From positions 1-64,000 of the IMG/VR virus record IMGVR_UViG_3300044719_000253: a DNA stretch of 64,000 bases; one strand, written 5' to 3'. This document shows positions 17,713 to 25,823 of the stretch, piece after piece (within the stretch, counting starts at the first letter, position 1; every line of letters begins with the position of its first letter). The notes beneath the pieces are model-generated. The model saw only the letters and a list, made by a program, of their open reading frames with translations, was not told the origin of the DNA and did no database searches. The stretch is from a virus. Its lineage: Duplodnaviria; Caudoviricetes. Made by a program: the position numbers and the translations under genes.

Positions 17713-17831
17713 TGATGGAAAATGGAGAGATTCGAACTCTCGGTAGGTAGCTAGGATCACCCTTTGCCACTAGCCCCCACATCTATCATCCCACGATGAT
17801 CGATCGCCTTCAGCCACTCAGCCACACTTCC
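17713..17831 (-). ncRNA. tRNA-Ser-like RNA with aberrant anticodon arm and very long variable arm
   Basis: D arm GCTGAGTGGCTGAAGGC, T arm GAGAG-TTCGAAT-CTCTC, anticodon arm replaced by a 9-bp stem with 4-nt loop; no CCA. Confidence 0.65.
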
Positions 17832-17834
17832 GAC

Positions 17835-17975
17835 TCCCCGAATAGGAGTTCCGTTAATCCGAACGCATCGGATCACCTCATATCCCATCGACCTCGAAAG
17901 TCGACACGGCACGAGAGGATGCCATGAAGATCCACTAACGTGGTGAAGTCATGGAACGGGTTTGTGCTCTTTACT
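17835..17975 (-). ncRNA. unclassified multi-hairpin RNA between tRNA-like genes
   Basis: Stems CATGGCA/TGCCGTG, TCGAC/GTCGA, ATCCGA/TCGGAT, CCAC/GTGG, ACTCC/GGAGT. Confidence 0.4.
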
Positions 17976-17988
17976 ACAACAATGCGGT

Positions 17989-18145
17989 AGGTCGAGAGAG
18001 GGAATCGAACCCCCGTTCTACTACAACAGTTTATCTGGATACCCGCCCCGACCATTGGCCCGGTAGATACCCTACTGTTGGTTCAAATACTGATCACTTA
18101 ACCCAGGGAGCAATCAGCTGCGTCTTCCACTTCGCCATCTCGACC
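17989..18145 (-). ncRNA. expanded tRNA-like RNA (8-bp acceptor, 18-nt anticodon loop, ~75-nt variable region)
   Basis: GGTCGAGA/TCTCGACC acceptor, GCG-AAGTGGAAGA-CGC D arm, GGGGG-TTCGATT-CCCTC T arm. Confidence 0.7.
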
Positions 18146-18154
18146 ATTGAAACT

Positions 18155-18229
18155 TGGGCTTGGAGGGGAGATTCGAACTCCCGACCTCTGTCTTGGTTAT
18201 ATGCGCTCTAACCGACTGAGCTACCAGCG
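18155..18229 (-). pseudogene. degenerate tRNA-like element (D and T arms intact)
   Basis: TAGCTCAGTCGGTTAGAGC and GGGAG-TTCGAAT-CTCCC; anticodon and acceptor stems do not pair. Confidence 0.6.
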
Positions 18230-18240
18230 AGTATCTTCAT

Positions 18241-18307
18241 ACTCCCCAGGCTGGACTCGAACCAGGGACCTCAAACGACAGTGCTCTACCGCTGAGCTAC
18301 TCCGCGC
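18241..18307 (-). pseudogene. degenerate tRNA-like element (D and T arms intact, anticodon arm truncated)
   Basis: TAGCTCAGCGGTAGAGC and CTGG-TTCGAGT-CCAG; only about 10 nt where the anticodon arm should be. Confidence 0.6.
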
Positions 18308-18314
18308 ATTGACC

Positions 18315-18605
18315 CTATTCACACTGGTAGAACAAGTCTTCTTTCTGCAAGCTGAGTCGCTTCAGCGTGTCGACTTCTTCGTTCCATTGCTGGATGTTCA
18401 GATACACCAGGCTGAGGTACGGGGGCAGTTCAGCCGGGATGGTGGCACGCTCGACCGAGATGAAACGCCAGAGATTGAGGATCGTCTCGGGTACAGCGCG
18501 TTGGTATTCGATCCCCAGTTCGGCCATCTGTACTTGGGGATTCACGTCTTTCGGGGCGTTGAGAAGATCGTAAATGATGTTAACGCCAGTCGGAGTAGCT
18601 GCCAT
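18315..18605 (-). CDS. hypothetical protein
   Basis: ORF directly upstream of tRNA-like array. Confidence 0.65.
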   Translation of the reverse strand: MAATPTGVNIIYDLLNAPKDVNPQVQMAELGIEYQRAVPETILNLWRFISVERATIPAELPPYLSLVYLNIQQWNEEVDTLKRLSLQKEDLFYQCE

Positions 18606-18610
18606 GGTGT

Positions 18611-19111
18611 TTAGTCCTGACCGAGCTCAGCCTTCAGTTCTTTGGTGAACTGCGCGGAGGTGCCCGGTGCATGTTTAGGGGCATCGACCACGATGCCTTG
18701 GTTGGGGAGAACTTGGAACGCGCGATCGTCATAGAGTTCACGCATTGCCATGTCTTTGATGTTGGTGACTTCGAAGACTTGCCCGATGTGTTCTTGGCAC
18801 CAGGCTTCGATTGCTTGCCGTACCGCGGCGTTGATGCGATCGTCCGCATACGAAACCCGCGCGGTGAAGATCTTAACCCGCATCTCTTTGGCTTTCGCTT
18901 GGATGCGTTCGATCATGGCGGGGATCGGAGCCCCGATGTGCAAACAACCTTTCCATTCCTCGTGGATAGCGAGGGTTTTGTCAAGATCGAATCCACACCA
19001 CGGTTCCAGATATGGTTGTTGCTTGGCCAGCGCTTCGATGTAAGCCGGCGAATCGTTTTCTGCGCCTTCAGGCGTCTCCGACTCAGTGGCCAGATGTCGT
19101 TGCAGTTTCAT
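18611..19111 (-). CDS. HAD-family phosphatase (polynucleotide kinase 3'-phosphatase-like)
   Basis: Motif I FDLDKTLA, motif II IFTAR, C-terminal LYDDRA. Confidence 0.75.
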   Translation of the reverse strand: MKLQRHLATESETPEGAENDSPAYIEALAKQQPYLEPWCGFDLDKTLAIHEEWKGCLHIGAPIPAMIERIQAKAKEMRVKIFTARVSYADDRINAAVRQAIEAWCQEHIGQVFEVTNIKDMAMRELYDDRAFQVLPNQGIVVDAPKHAPGTSAQFTKELKAELGQD

Positions 19112-19144
19112 GGTATCTCTTTCAGTGGATATACATGCCAAGAC

Positions 19145-19658
19145 ACACTCAGGCGTCCCTAAATGTGACTCAGGCTATACACCAACGTGTACGACTTGCT
19201 CCACCATCATGGTCGACTCCCGTCGCGAAAAGATGGAACCCATAAGTGCTTTTGGGAATGAAGTCTCTTTAGAGGTCACTAAGGAGATCGATAGACCGGA
19301 GCCCATCCCACAGGCCACCTTAACGAAGCGTCGTCAAAGTACCTGTAGGCTATGCTCAGGCGTTCGTGGGAGTTTCTCCACAACACGTTTCTCACGTGAC
19401 ACGAACATGAAGATGCTGACTGGGAATTGGTCAGTCGCATCGCGGGCATTAACACGAGTCCTTACGCACGCTGACGCCTGCCAGCGAACGCCGAAAGCGG
19501 CACCATAGGCCGCCTGTTGGCGATACAGCCCCGGAAGCCTCCGAGGTTCTCGTATTAGCCCGACCACTTGCCCTCCCAAGTGGCGATGTTGGCCTGTGTG
19601 TTTTACGTGCGGACGTTGACACCCGCTCTTTTCAACACGTTTACTCCCCGGATCGGGG
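19145..19658 (-). ncRNA. candidate ~500-nt large ornate ncRNA
   Basis: No credible ORF; dense stems (19564-19583, 19529-19546, 19412-19441, 19384-19398, 19366-19381, 19177-19192); CCTGAG repeated three times. Confidence 0.55.
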
Positions 19659-19659
19659 G

Positions 19660-19725
19660 AGGCATAACTTGCTGTAGCTTTTTCACCGGACCCCTGATAG
19701 GGCGTTCTCCTCGGTGGGCTACAGC
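19660..19725 (-). terminator. branched hairpin plus TTATGCCT
   Basis: GCTGTAGC/GCTACAGC 8-bp stem followed by AAGTTATGCCT, just after the 19751 stop. Confidence 0.5.
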
Positions 19726-19750
19726 CAGGATACCGATTGCTCGGTATATG

Positions 19751-20113
19751 TTAGTCTGGGGCTTGGACGAATGTCACGTAATACTTGGCCCCGACTTTGA
19801 GTTGCTCGTTGACGTGTGGGTTCAGAATCGAACCTTTGAACTCCGCATAGGGCGTCCAATGGCCGAAGATGGCGTTTTCGGAAGCTTGTTGCTTTTCCGT
19901 CGAGCCTTCCCACACTGCACCGAAGTGAACCGTCTGACCCGGCAGTTCTTGGTTGGTAGCGCTGAAACCTTTCATTGGGTTCGCGCTGTGCAGTTGTAGC
20001 TTGCACACCATTACGGCACCTGGCACACCCGCATCGGCGAATTCGTCGACACCGGCTGCGTCCATTTCAGCCAGCTGGGCCAGCAACCACTTACGCGTGA
20101 TATTCAACTTCAT
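19751..20113 (-). CDS. conserved phage protein (AV...SEN..F...TP...I.NP...G..YY family)
   Basis: Recognisable motif; AGGAG SD. Confidence 0.7.
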   Translation of the reverse strand: MKLNITRKWLLAQLAEMDAAGVDEFADAGVPGAVMVCKLQLHSANPMKGFSATNQELPGQTVHFGAVWEGSTEKQQASENAIFGHWTPYAEFKGSILNPHVNEQLKVGAKYYVTFVQAPD

Positions 20114-20449
20114 TTACTGCTCCTAGTTTCTCTGGATAGGGAAACAGGGGGTTGTCTTACAGTCTTGCGCCCTGCGAAATGGGGGAAGGTCACGGCTCCT
20201 TCCAATCGGTTTCTCATCTACTCAAGTTTCGATTTGCCGATCGGTTTAGTCTCAGTTATCAAAGAACGCGTCAATGAAACTGGATGCGTTGTGATCCAGT
20301 AAGTAAGTTCGCCTGAACTTGAGTCTAGTTCGTCCAAACCAGACCATTCCAACCCGCTCCATCTGTCTGATCGGTGCGAAGCTGGAAGTGCGAAAATTTA
20401 TCTCGCACAGCATAAGCAGCGGTATGTAAATTAATACCGTCAGGCAATA

Positions 20450-20710
20450 TTACAATTTTGCAAAATACTGCGCCGCAATGGCCGGTATCTGTGCGCGATT
20501 AATACGCGGGCCACCTGGGTCCATGTACCAATCATGACCACTGAACTGACCCGGCTCATACGCCCACATCGCGAATCCGTGTACCAAATCTTGATTCGGC
20601 ACCAGTATCTTCTTTTCTGGTACCACAATCTTCATTAGGCTCTCGGCCCTGACGAATGCTGGTGCGGCAGCGGCAGCGAACATCGCTGAGAGGAATCCCC
20701 TACGATTCAT
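20450..20710 (-). CDS. small protein with twin-arginine (Tat)-type signal
   Basis: MNRRGFLSAMFAAAAAPAFVRA. Confidence 0.7.
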   Translation of the reverse strand: MNRRGFLSAMFAAAAAPAFVRAESLMKIVVPEKKILVPNQDLVHGFAMWAYEPGQFSGHDWYMDPGGPRINRAQIPAIAAQYFAKL

Positions 20711-20724
20711 GTCTTACCCTCCGC

Positions 20725-20994
20725 TTAACGGTAACGAACGCAATATGCGCCGGTGGCTTGATGGGTGAATCGCGCAAGCGCCATGCCGAGCTGGGCTTCT
20801 GATTCAGTGTAATGTTCGAGCAGAACTTGGTAAATGGAAACGCCACGTCTCTCCGCTTCTTTGGGGGCAATGCAGTAGTCGTATTGACTCGTATCAGGAT
20901 ACCATCCGTTGAAGCAGCGTTTCTCCAACCAAGCCTTATAAACCATCTCAAACTTCTGTTTTAAGACTTCTTCATCATCTTCCGCGGCGCTCAT
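20725..20994 (-). CDS. hypothetical protein
   Basis: ORF in array. Confidence 0.6.
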   Translation of the reverse strand: MSAAEDDEEVLKQKFEMVYKAWLEKRCFNGWYPDTSQYDYCIAPKEAERRGVSIYQVLLEHYTESEAQLGMALARFTHQATGAYCVRYR

Positions 20995-21012
20995 CGTTAC
21001 CCCTATTAATTA

Positions 21013-21549
21013 TTACCAACTCAGCCAGCTGAAGGAGTTGCTTTCCTTGTTGATCACTTTCAGTTGCACTTGGATCGGTGGCAGTAAAATCACTTCGTGC
21101 TGGGTCTTGATGTCTTTCAAATTACTCAGTTCGTGCACGATGACATTCAATTCATCGGTGATCACCAAACATGGCGTACGCTGCGGCTGAATCACGGTAG
21201 ATACCACCACATTGCCAAACGCATGGGCGATCGATTCTTCGGTACTGAACGACAGCGATCGATCCTCACTCTGGTAAGGGACGATTTGCCCGATATGGGC
21301 ATCTTCGCTGATTCCTAGGCTGTCTTGAAACGACCCCAGTCGAAAACCGCGGTACAGCTTCAGTTCAGTCGGGAGATCGTACATGTCGCGCACGAGTTGA
21401 CCCAATGCCGCCATCTGTGGAATCAAACGCCGGTCGGCAAACTTCACCCACTCCTTTAAGGCATCCATGAGTTGCGGATGTTGTTTGAAACGACGGATTT
21501 TCTCTTCCGAGATATTGTCCAAAGAAAGCGGAACAGCGGCATCGGTCAT
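21013..21549 (-). CDS. putative ADP-ribosyltransferase (R-S-E class)
   Basis: LYRG ... SLSFST ... QHEVILL in the canonical order. Confidence 0.6.
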   Translation of the reverse strand: MTDAAVPLSLDNISEEKIRRFKQHPQLMDALKEWVKFADRRLIPQMAALGQLVRDMYDLPTELKLYRGFRLGSFQDSLGISEDAHIGQIVPYQSEDRSLSFSTEESIAHAFGNVVVSTVIQPQRTPCLVITDELNVIVHELSNLKDIKTQHEVILLPPIQVQLKVINKESNSFSWLSW

Positions 21550-21609
21550 GGCGGGCCTCGATTGAAAGTTAAGGCCGCACAAAACGGCCACTATACAATC
21601 TACTTTCGA

Positions 21610-21981
21610 TCACACGTTGACGAAGGTATGCCCGGCAACACGCATTATTTCGTAGTAATCATAACCCGTGGGGTGATGGTCATGCAGCATTTTAATGTTA
21701 CGTGCCACACGTTCGAGCGTTTCCTTGTCGTACAACGGAATAACACGGTCATACATGCAATTGATGTCCATGTCGCCGATATGCGCACCATATCGAGCAT
21801 TACGATGTAGTTTATCGAGATACACTTTACTGAGTTCACCGCCAAATTGAGTTGGTGTGGGTCGACCGAAAAGAATGATCTCCTGTTTCGGCACCACGAT
21901 TTTCATCAAGTGCTCGGCTTTGACCACAGCCGGTGCCGCCATGGCGCCCAACATCACACCTAAGAATCCACGTCGCTTCAT
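21610..21981 (-). CDS. protein with twin-arginine (Tat)-type signal, paralog of 20450
   Basis: MKRRGFLGVMLGAMAAPAVVKAEHLMKIVVP. Confidence 0.7.
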   Translation of the reverse strand: MKRRGFLGVMLGAMAAPAVVKAEHLMKIVVPKQEIILFGRPTPTQFGGELSKVYLDKLHRNARYGAHIGDMDINCMYDRVIPLYDKETLERVARNIKMLHDHHPTGYDYYEIMRVAGHTFVNV

Positions 21982-21999
21982 AATGGTTCCTTTTGCTAG

Positions 22000-22419
22000 T
22001 TATTGGTTAAAAGCGTTACTGACGTGTTTGAGAATACCGTTTTCGAACGTCAGCGTGTATTCTACATAACGCCACACCGGAACGTCTTTGGTCGGTTCGG
22101 GGATGGAGTGAATGTATTTGTTGGGGTAACCGTATTCGCCCGGTTGCGGAATACCGGTATCGATATCGATCGTCCCCGTATACGCCACAAATGTGGGGAT
22201 ACAAGGATTTGTGTCGGTGTAACGGCCCGCTTTATAACGCATCAAACGGTTATTCTCGTCCACGGTATACACATCCGATTCACAGTCCAGACACTTGGTT
22301 TGAAACAACGCTGCGTCGGGTAATGACCGTAGTGACGACACGGATTCTCCATCCGGGACTTTCATCTGAAATCCATCCGGGGTTTTCCGATCAAAGTAGA
22401 AGCTATCGAAACAGCCCAT
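22000..22419 (-). CDS. hypothetical protein (MG.FD ... QTK..DC ... F..G family)
   Basis: AGGAG SD. Confidence 0.7.
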   Translation of the reverse strand: MGCFDSFYFDRKTPDGFQMKVPDGESVSSLRSLPDAALFQTKCLDCESDVYTVDENNRLMRYKAGRYTDTNPCIPTFVAYTGTIDIDTGIPQPGEYGYPNKYIHSIPEPTKDVPVWRYVEYTLTFENGILKHVSNAFNQ

Positions 22420-22442
22420 TTAAAACTCCTTATTATTGGTTA

Positions 22443-22805
22443 TTAAGCCAGCCTGAATTGGCGCTCGACTTGGGTGACTTCCATGAGCCGTAGATGGGTG
22501 CCATGCCCGAAGCAATTGCATGAACCTTCGACATTATCCCAATCGATTTCGTTTGCCTTCAGTGCATTGCACCATTCGAGTGGGCCACCTTTACGGAAGG
22601 TTTTGCTGTACATCTTCTTGCCCCCTTCGTAAAGACAAAGGCCTTCGTCGTTATAGGGTTCTACCTTTTCACCGTCATAAAACGCTTTGAGGGTGGCGAG
22701 GTCATGATAAGGACCAAACGACATGCTACCTTCGATCGGACCCATCATGGAGTTAAGGACCAACATGTAACCGTATTCGGCAATTCCTGTGATTTGATAG
22801 CGCAT
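22443..22805 (-). CDS. hypothetical protein
   Basis: Start at 22805 next to upstream stop. Confidence 0.65.
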   Translation of the reverse strand: MRYQITGIAEYGYMLVLNSMMGPIEGSMSFGPYHDLATLKAFYDGEKVEPYNDEGLCLYEGGKKMYSKTFRKGGPLEWCNALKANEIDWDNVEGSCNCFGHGTHLRLMEVTQVERQFRLA

Positions 22806-22807
22806 CT

Positions 22808-22966
22808 TTATTTCACCCAATGAGGACGTTTCCATGGATCGGTCGAGCGAGCGCAGAAGAAGGCTTCGGTGCGCTCCACAGCGCCGGGTTCACGGTTGTA
22901 GCGATCCCGGTACATTTGCAGATAAATACGGTAAGAGGAACCTTGAATTTCCGTCATTTGAATCAC
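22808..22966 (-). CDS. small hypothetical protein (52 aa, not in ORF track)
   Basis: GTG start with AAGGAG SD: MIQMTEIQGSSYRIYLQMYRDRYNREPGAVERTEAFFCARSTDPWKRPHWVK. Confidence 0.55.
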   Translation of the reverse strand: MIQMTEIQGSSYRIYLQMYRDRYNREPGAVERTEAFFCARSTDPWKRPHWVK

Positions 22967-23019
22967 AATGACTCCTTTATCAAAAAGAAAGCCCGGCGGT
23001 TAAGCCGGGCCTTATGTCG

Positions 23020-24684
23020 TTAGCCCATCAGAGCATCGTTGATGAGGTCATGCGTGATGGTGGGACGAGTTTGTTTCACCCCCATCATTTCGAACCGCAC
23101 CGGACCATGGTCCATCAACCCTTGCAACACTTGCATGAACCCGGCGGACAGGGTCAGGCGTGCAGCAGCATTGTGGTAGGTGATGGTGGTCTGGGCCAAC
23201 TGCTCTTGCGTTTTGGCACGGAACGAATCGTGTTCGGCGCGCTGCATTGGCGACGTGGCATAACCACGACTTTTCATCTGCGGAGCGAACTGACTGTCTT
23301 GATAACGGTTGGCATCGTCCACCGTTAAGTGACTGTGATTCAGCGCTGCGAGGAAATCAATCTCGCGGGTATCATGCTTGACGGCCTTGTCATCCTCGGT
23401 TTCCTGGAACGTGCCGATTTGGACGAGGGTGTTCGACAATGAGCCAATGCGCCATGGTTTCTGCATGAACGAAGCCCGGGTGAATTCCGCACCCATGTTG
23501 CCGTTCAACATCAACGATGCGCAATCCACGATCAGCGTAGTCACTTCGTGTTTTCCTTTCGCCGCTTCTGCCCACATCGAAAGCGTGTCATTGACGGTCG
23601 GGTTCATCAACATATCGAACGAGATCAAATGGCCACGGCCGATCATTTCGTTCAGCGTCTGAGCAAACCCCGGGGCACTAGGGTAGTCACCTTTAATGCG
23701 CTGCAATGCCGCAAAATCACTCCAAGTCTGCGTGCCATACATCGACTCGAACTTCTTACTCCAGAGCCCAGCCCGCATGAATGACGACACCATCAGTGCC
23801 GCTAGAGTCGGTGGCACCAATACCGTCCCGCACTGAATGACGTAGCGGATATCTGTCACCACGAATTCAGGGATGTAGTACGGCGTATCAGGCACCCACG
23901 GACGATCCGGCGCGGATTGTTCCGGCATATAGCGAAAATCGATATAACCGGAAACCGTGATGAGTTCGACCGGATCGAGCATCATGCTCAATGTGGATTG
24001 CCGACTACTGTGCGGGATCGATGACAACGTCAGCGTGATGTCGTTGCGCACCGGTTGACCAAAAACATCCGCGATGGGTGCCGCATCAAACGTATAATCG
24101 ACTTTGAACTCATTCCCAACACGTTCCGCTTCGACGAAATCGGGCAACATCTTCTTCACATCGGCGGCCTCTTTCGCGCTATGAATCCGCTCGAATTCCG
24201 CCCGGTTGTCTGCCGCATTCAACAGATGGTTGATGATCTCGCGGCACCTGGACAGATCGTTGTAATCGATCGGAAAAGGCTCGACTAACCCCAACGCGAT
24301 CGTCGATTTGGTATCCGACGCTTCCCCGAAGGCTTGGGCGATAATCGGCTGATTGTTGGGATGGTTCAGGTACTGGTAAATCGAATTGCCGAGGTTGACG
24401 TGTTTGATGATGACTTCGCTCTTATACGGCAGATACACCGACACGTACACCTTGCCAGTTTCCGGATCTGGGTAGCGCAGCAACAGCACCTTTTTCGGCG
24501 AGGGGACGTTGTGGTGGAAATCCAGTTCCAAGGTGGCGATCGCTACCTGGAAAGCGTTCTGGTATTCAGCGGCGAACCGTTGCGCCACCTCGAACAACAC
24601 GTTCAGGTCAGACGAGGCTTCATTGGATGACGTCGAGCCATAACGACGGAAATTGCGGTCAGCGCCAAAGAAATTGTTTTGCAT
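23020..24684 (-). CDS. phiKZ major capsid protein (gp120)-like divergent paralog
   Basis: DVFGQPVRNDI, VSGYIDF, YIPEFVVTDI, IVD.A..M.NG, DTREIDFLAALN match my recollection of phiKZ-like MCP motifs; shorter than the ~750-aa MCP. Confidence 0.5.
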   Translation of the reverse strand: MQNNFFGADRNFRRYGSTSSNEASSDLNVLFEVAQRFAAEYQNAFQVAIATLELDFHHNVPSPKKVLLLRYPDPETGKVYVSVYLPYKSEVIIKHVNLGNSIYQYLNHPNNQPIIAQAFGEASDTKSTIALGLVEPFPIDYNDLSRCREIINHLLNAADNRAEFERIHSAKEAADVKKMLPDFVEAERVGNEFKVDYTFDAAPIADVFGQPVRNDITLTLSSIPHSSRQSTLSMMLDPVELITVSGYIDFRYMPEQSAPDRPWVPDTPYYIPEFVVTDIRYVIQCGTVLVPPTLAALMVSSFMRAGLWSKKFESMYGTQTWSDFAALQRIKGDYPSAPGFAQTLNEMIGRGHLISFDMLMNPTVNDTLSMWAEAAKGKHEVTTLIVDCASLMLNGNMGAEFTRASFMQKPWRIGSLSNTLVQIGTFQETEDDKAVKHDTREIDFLAALNHSHLTVDDANRYQDSQFAPQMKSRGYATSPMQRAEHDSFRAKTQEQLAQTTITYHNAAARLTLSAGFMQVLQGLMDHGPVRFEMMGVKQTRPTITHDLINDALMG

Positions 24685-24712
24685 GATGATATCCTTAAGT
24701 AATTATTAGTTA

Positions 24713-25780
24713 TTAGAAGCCGATCTTGCGGCCGAAACGGTTGATGGTTTGGCGGGCTGCGTTCTCGGTAGACAGTGCTTCGGCCAATGCCCATTGCGGC
24801 TTTGAACTGAAATCACGCACTGGCAAACCGACATCTTCACGCGCTTTTGCCGCTTGAGCTTGATCGAGCAACTCGAACTTCAAGATGTCGAAACAGCGAC
24901 CCGCACGCAACAGCGCTTCGTCGATACGGTCGATTGTGGGGAGATTGGTGACGAAGACGATCTTCTTACCACTACGCTTCACCAAACCATCCGCGGCATT
25001 CAGTAACGTCGACATCAACAGGTTATCGTTTTCGCGGCGTCCCAAATGACGATCGATGTCTTCATACGCCAGGATCTTGGCCTTACGGCTACGATGATAA
25101 GCGTTGATCAGGCTGGGAGATTCGATCACTTCCTTGGTGTAAGCGAGCATGGCATTGTAGTTGCCTGAGGCGATCATGGAACGCAGGAACGTGGTTTTAC
25201 CAGTGCCGGGTGGCCCAAACATCATCAGCACGTTTTCATCGGAATCCATGAACATCTCGGTGTATTCTTTGATCGACACACCGAGCCATGGATAAAAGCT
25301 TGCATGGGCAACTTGGGCTTGGGTTTCCGGAATGAACGATCGCTCCCAGACCGGCTGTTTGCGTTCATCCATCTCAATGGCAGTGTTAATCGTGCTGCCC
25401 CGCATGGCGAAGACCTCATCAAACCAATCGACACATGCCTTGCATTCCGCCTGATCGCCCGCCATAACGAGTCGGACGTTGTGGTTCTCCGAAAACCCGA
25501 GATCGATTTCCGCGAGGGCGGTCCAGCACTCTTCATCATCACGCAGCAAAAGGGCTTCGAACCCATTCACACCCCTGATGATGATGTAACCCCGCGCTTC
25601 GAAGAAATCTCGTGCCTTCTTGAGTGTATCGTCGCTGTTAGCGGAATAGCGGGTGCGTGACCACGAATCAGTAGACTTCCTTGCTTCGGTGCGCGACAAC
25701 CGCAACGTGGACATCATATCCACGCCACGACGTTGACCACAGAGTTGATCCAGCAATTTTTCAATGGGAATGTTTTTCAT
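24713..25780 (-). CDS. AAA+ ATPase
   Basis: Walker A GPPGTGKT, Walker B LAYEDID, sensor TN, arginine finger ALLRAGR. Confidence 0.85.
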   Translation of the reverse strand: MKNIPIEKLLDQLCGQRRGVDMMSTLRLSRTEARKSTDSWSRTRYSANSDDTLKKARDFFEARGYIIIRGVNGFEALLLRDDEECWTALAEIDLGFSENHNVRLVMAGDQAECKACVDWFDEVFAMRGSTINTAIEMDERKQPVWERSFIPETQAQVAHASFYPWLGVSIKEYTEMFMDSDENVLMMFGPPGTGKTTFLRSMIASGNYNAMLAYTKEVIESPSLINAYHRSRKAKILAYEDIDRHLGRRENDNLLMSTLLNAADGLVKRSGKKIVFVTNLPTIDRIDEALLRAGRCFDILKFELLDQAQAAKAREDVGLPVRDFSSKPQWALAEALSTENAARQTINRFGRKIGF

Positions 25781-25823
25781 GGCGATATCCTTTTGTTGGT
25801 TATTTAGGTAACAGCTCAGGGTA

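Noticed and set aside
19145-19658. RNase P RNA, group I or group II intron
   Set aside because: No GAGGAAAGUCC P4 signature, no group II domain V (AGC/CGC triad hairpin), no recognisable P7 core, and no interrupted gene
20215-20330. Possible second hammerhead (GAAAC pairing with ACTCAAGT; TTGATAA as a U3-A8 core variant)
   Set aside because: Stems I and II cannot be closed in register with the core; kept only as a structured leader
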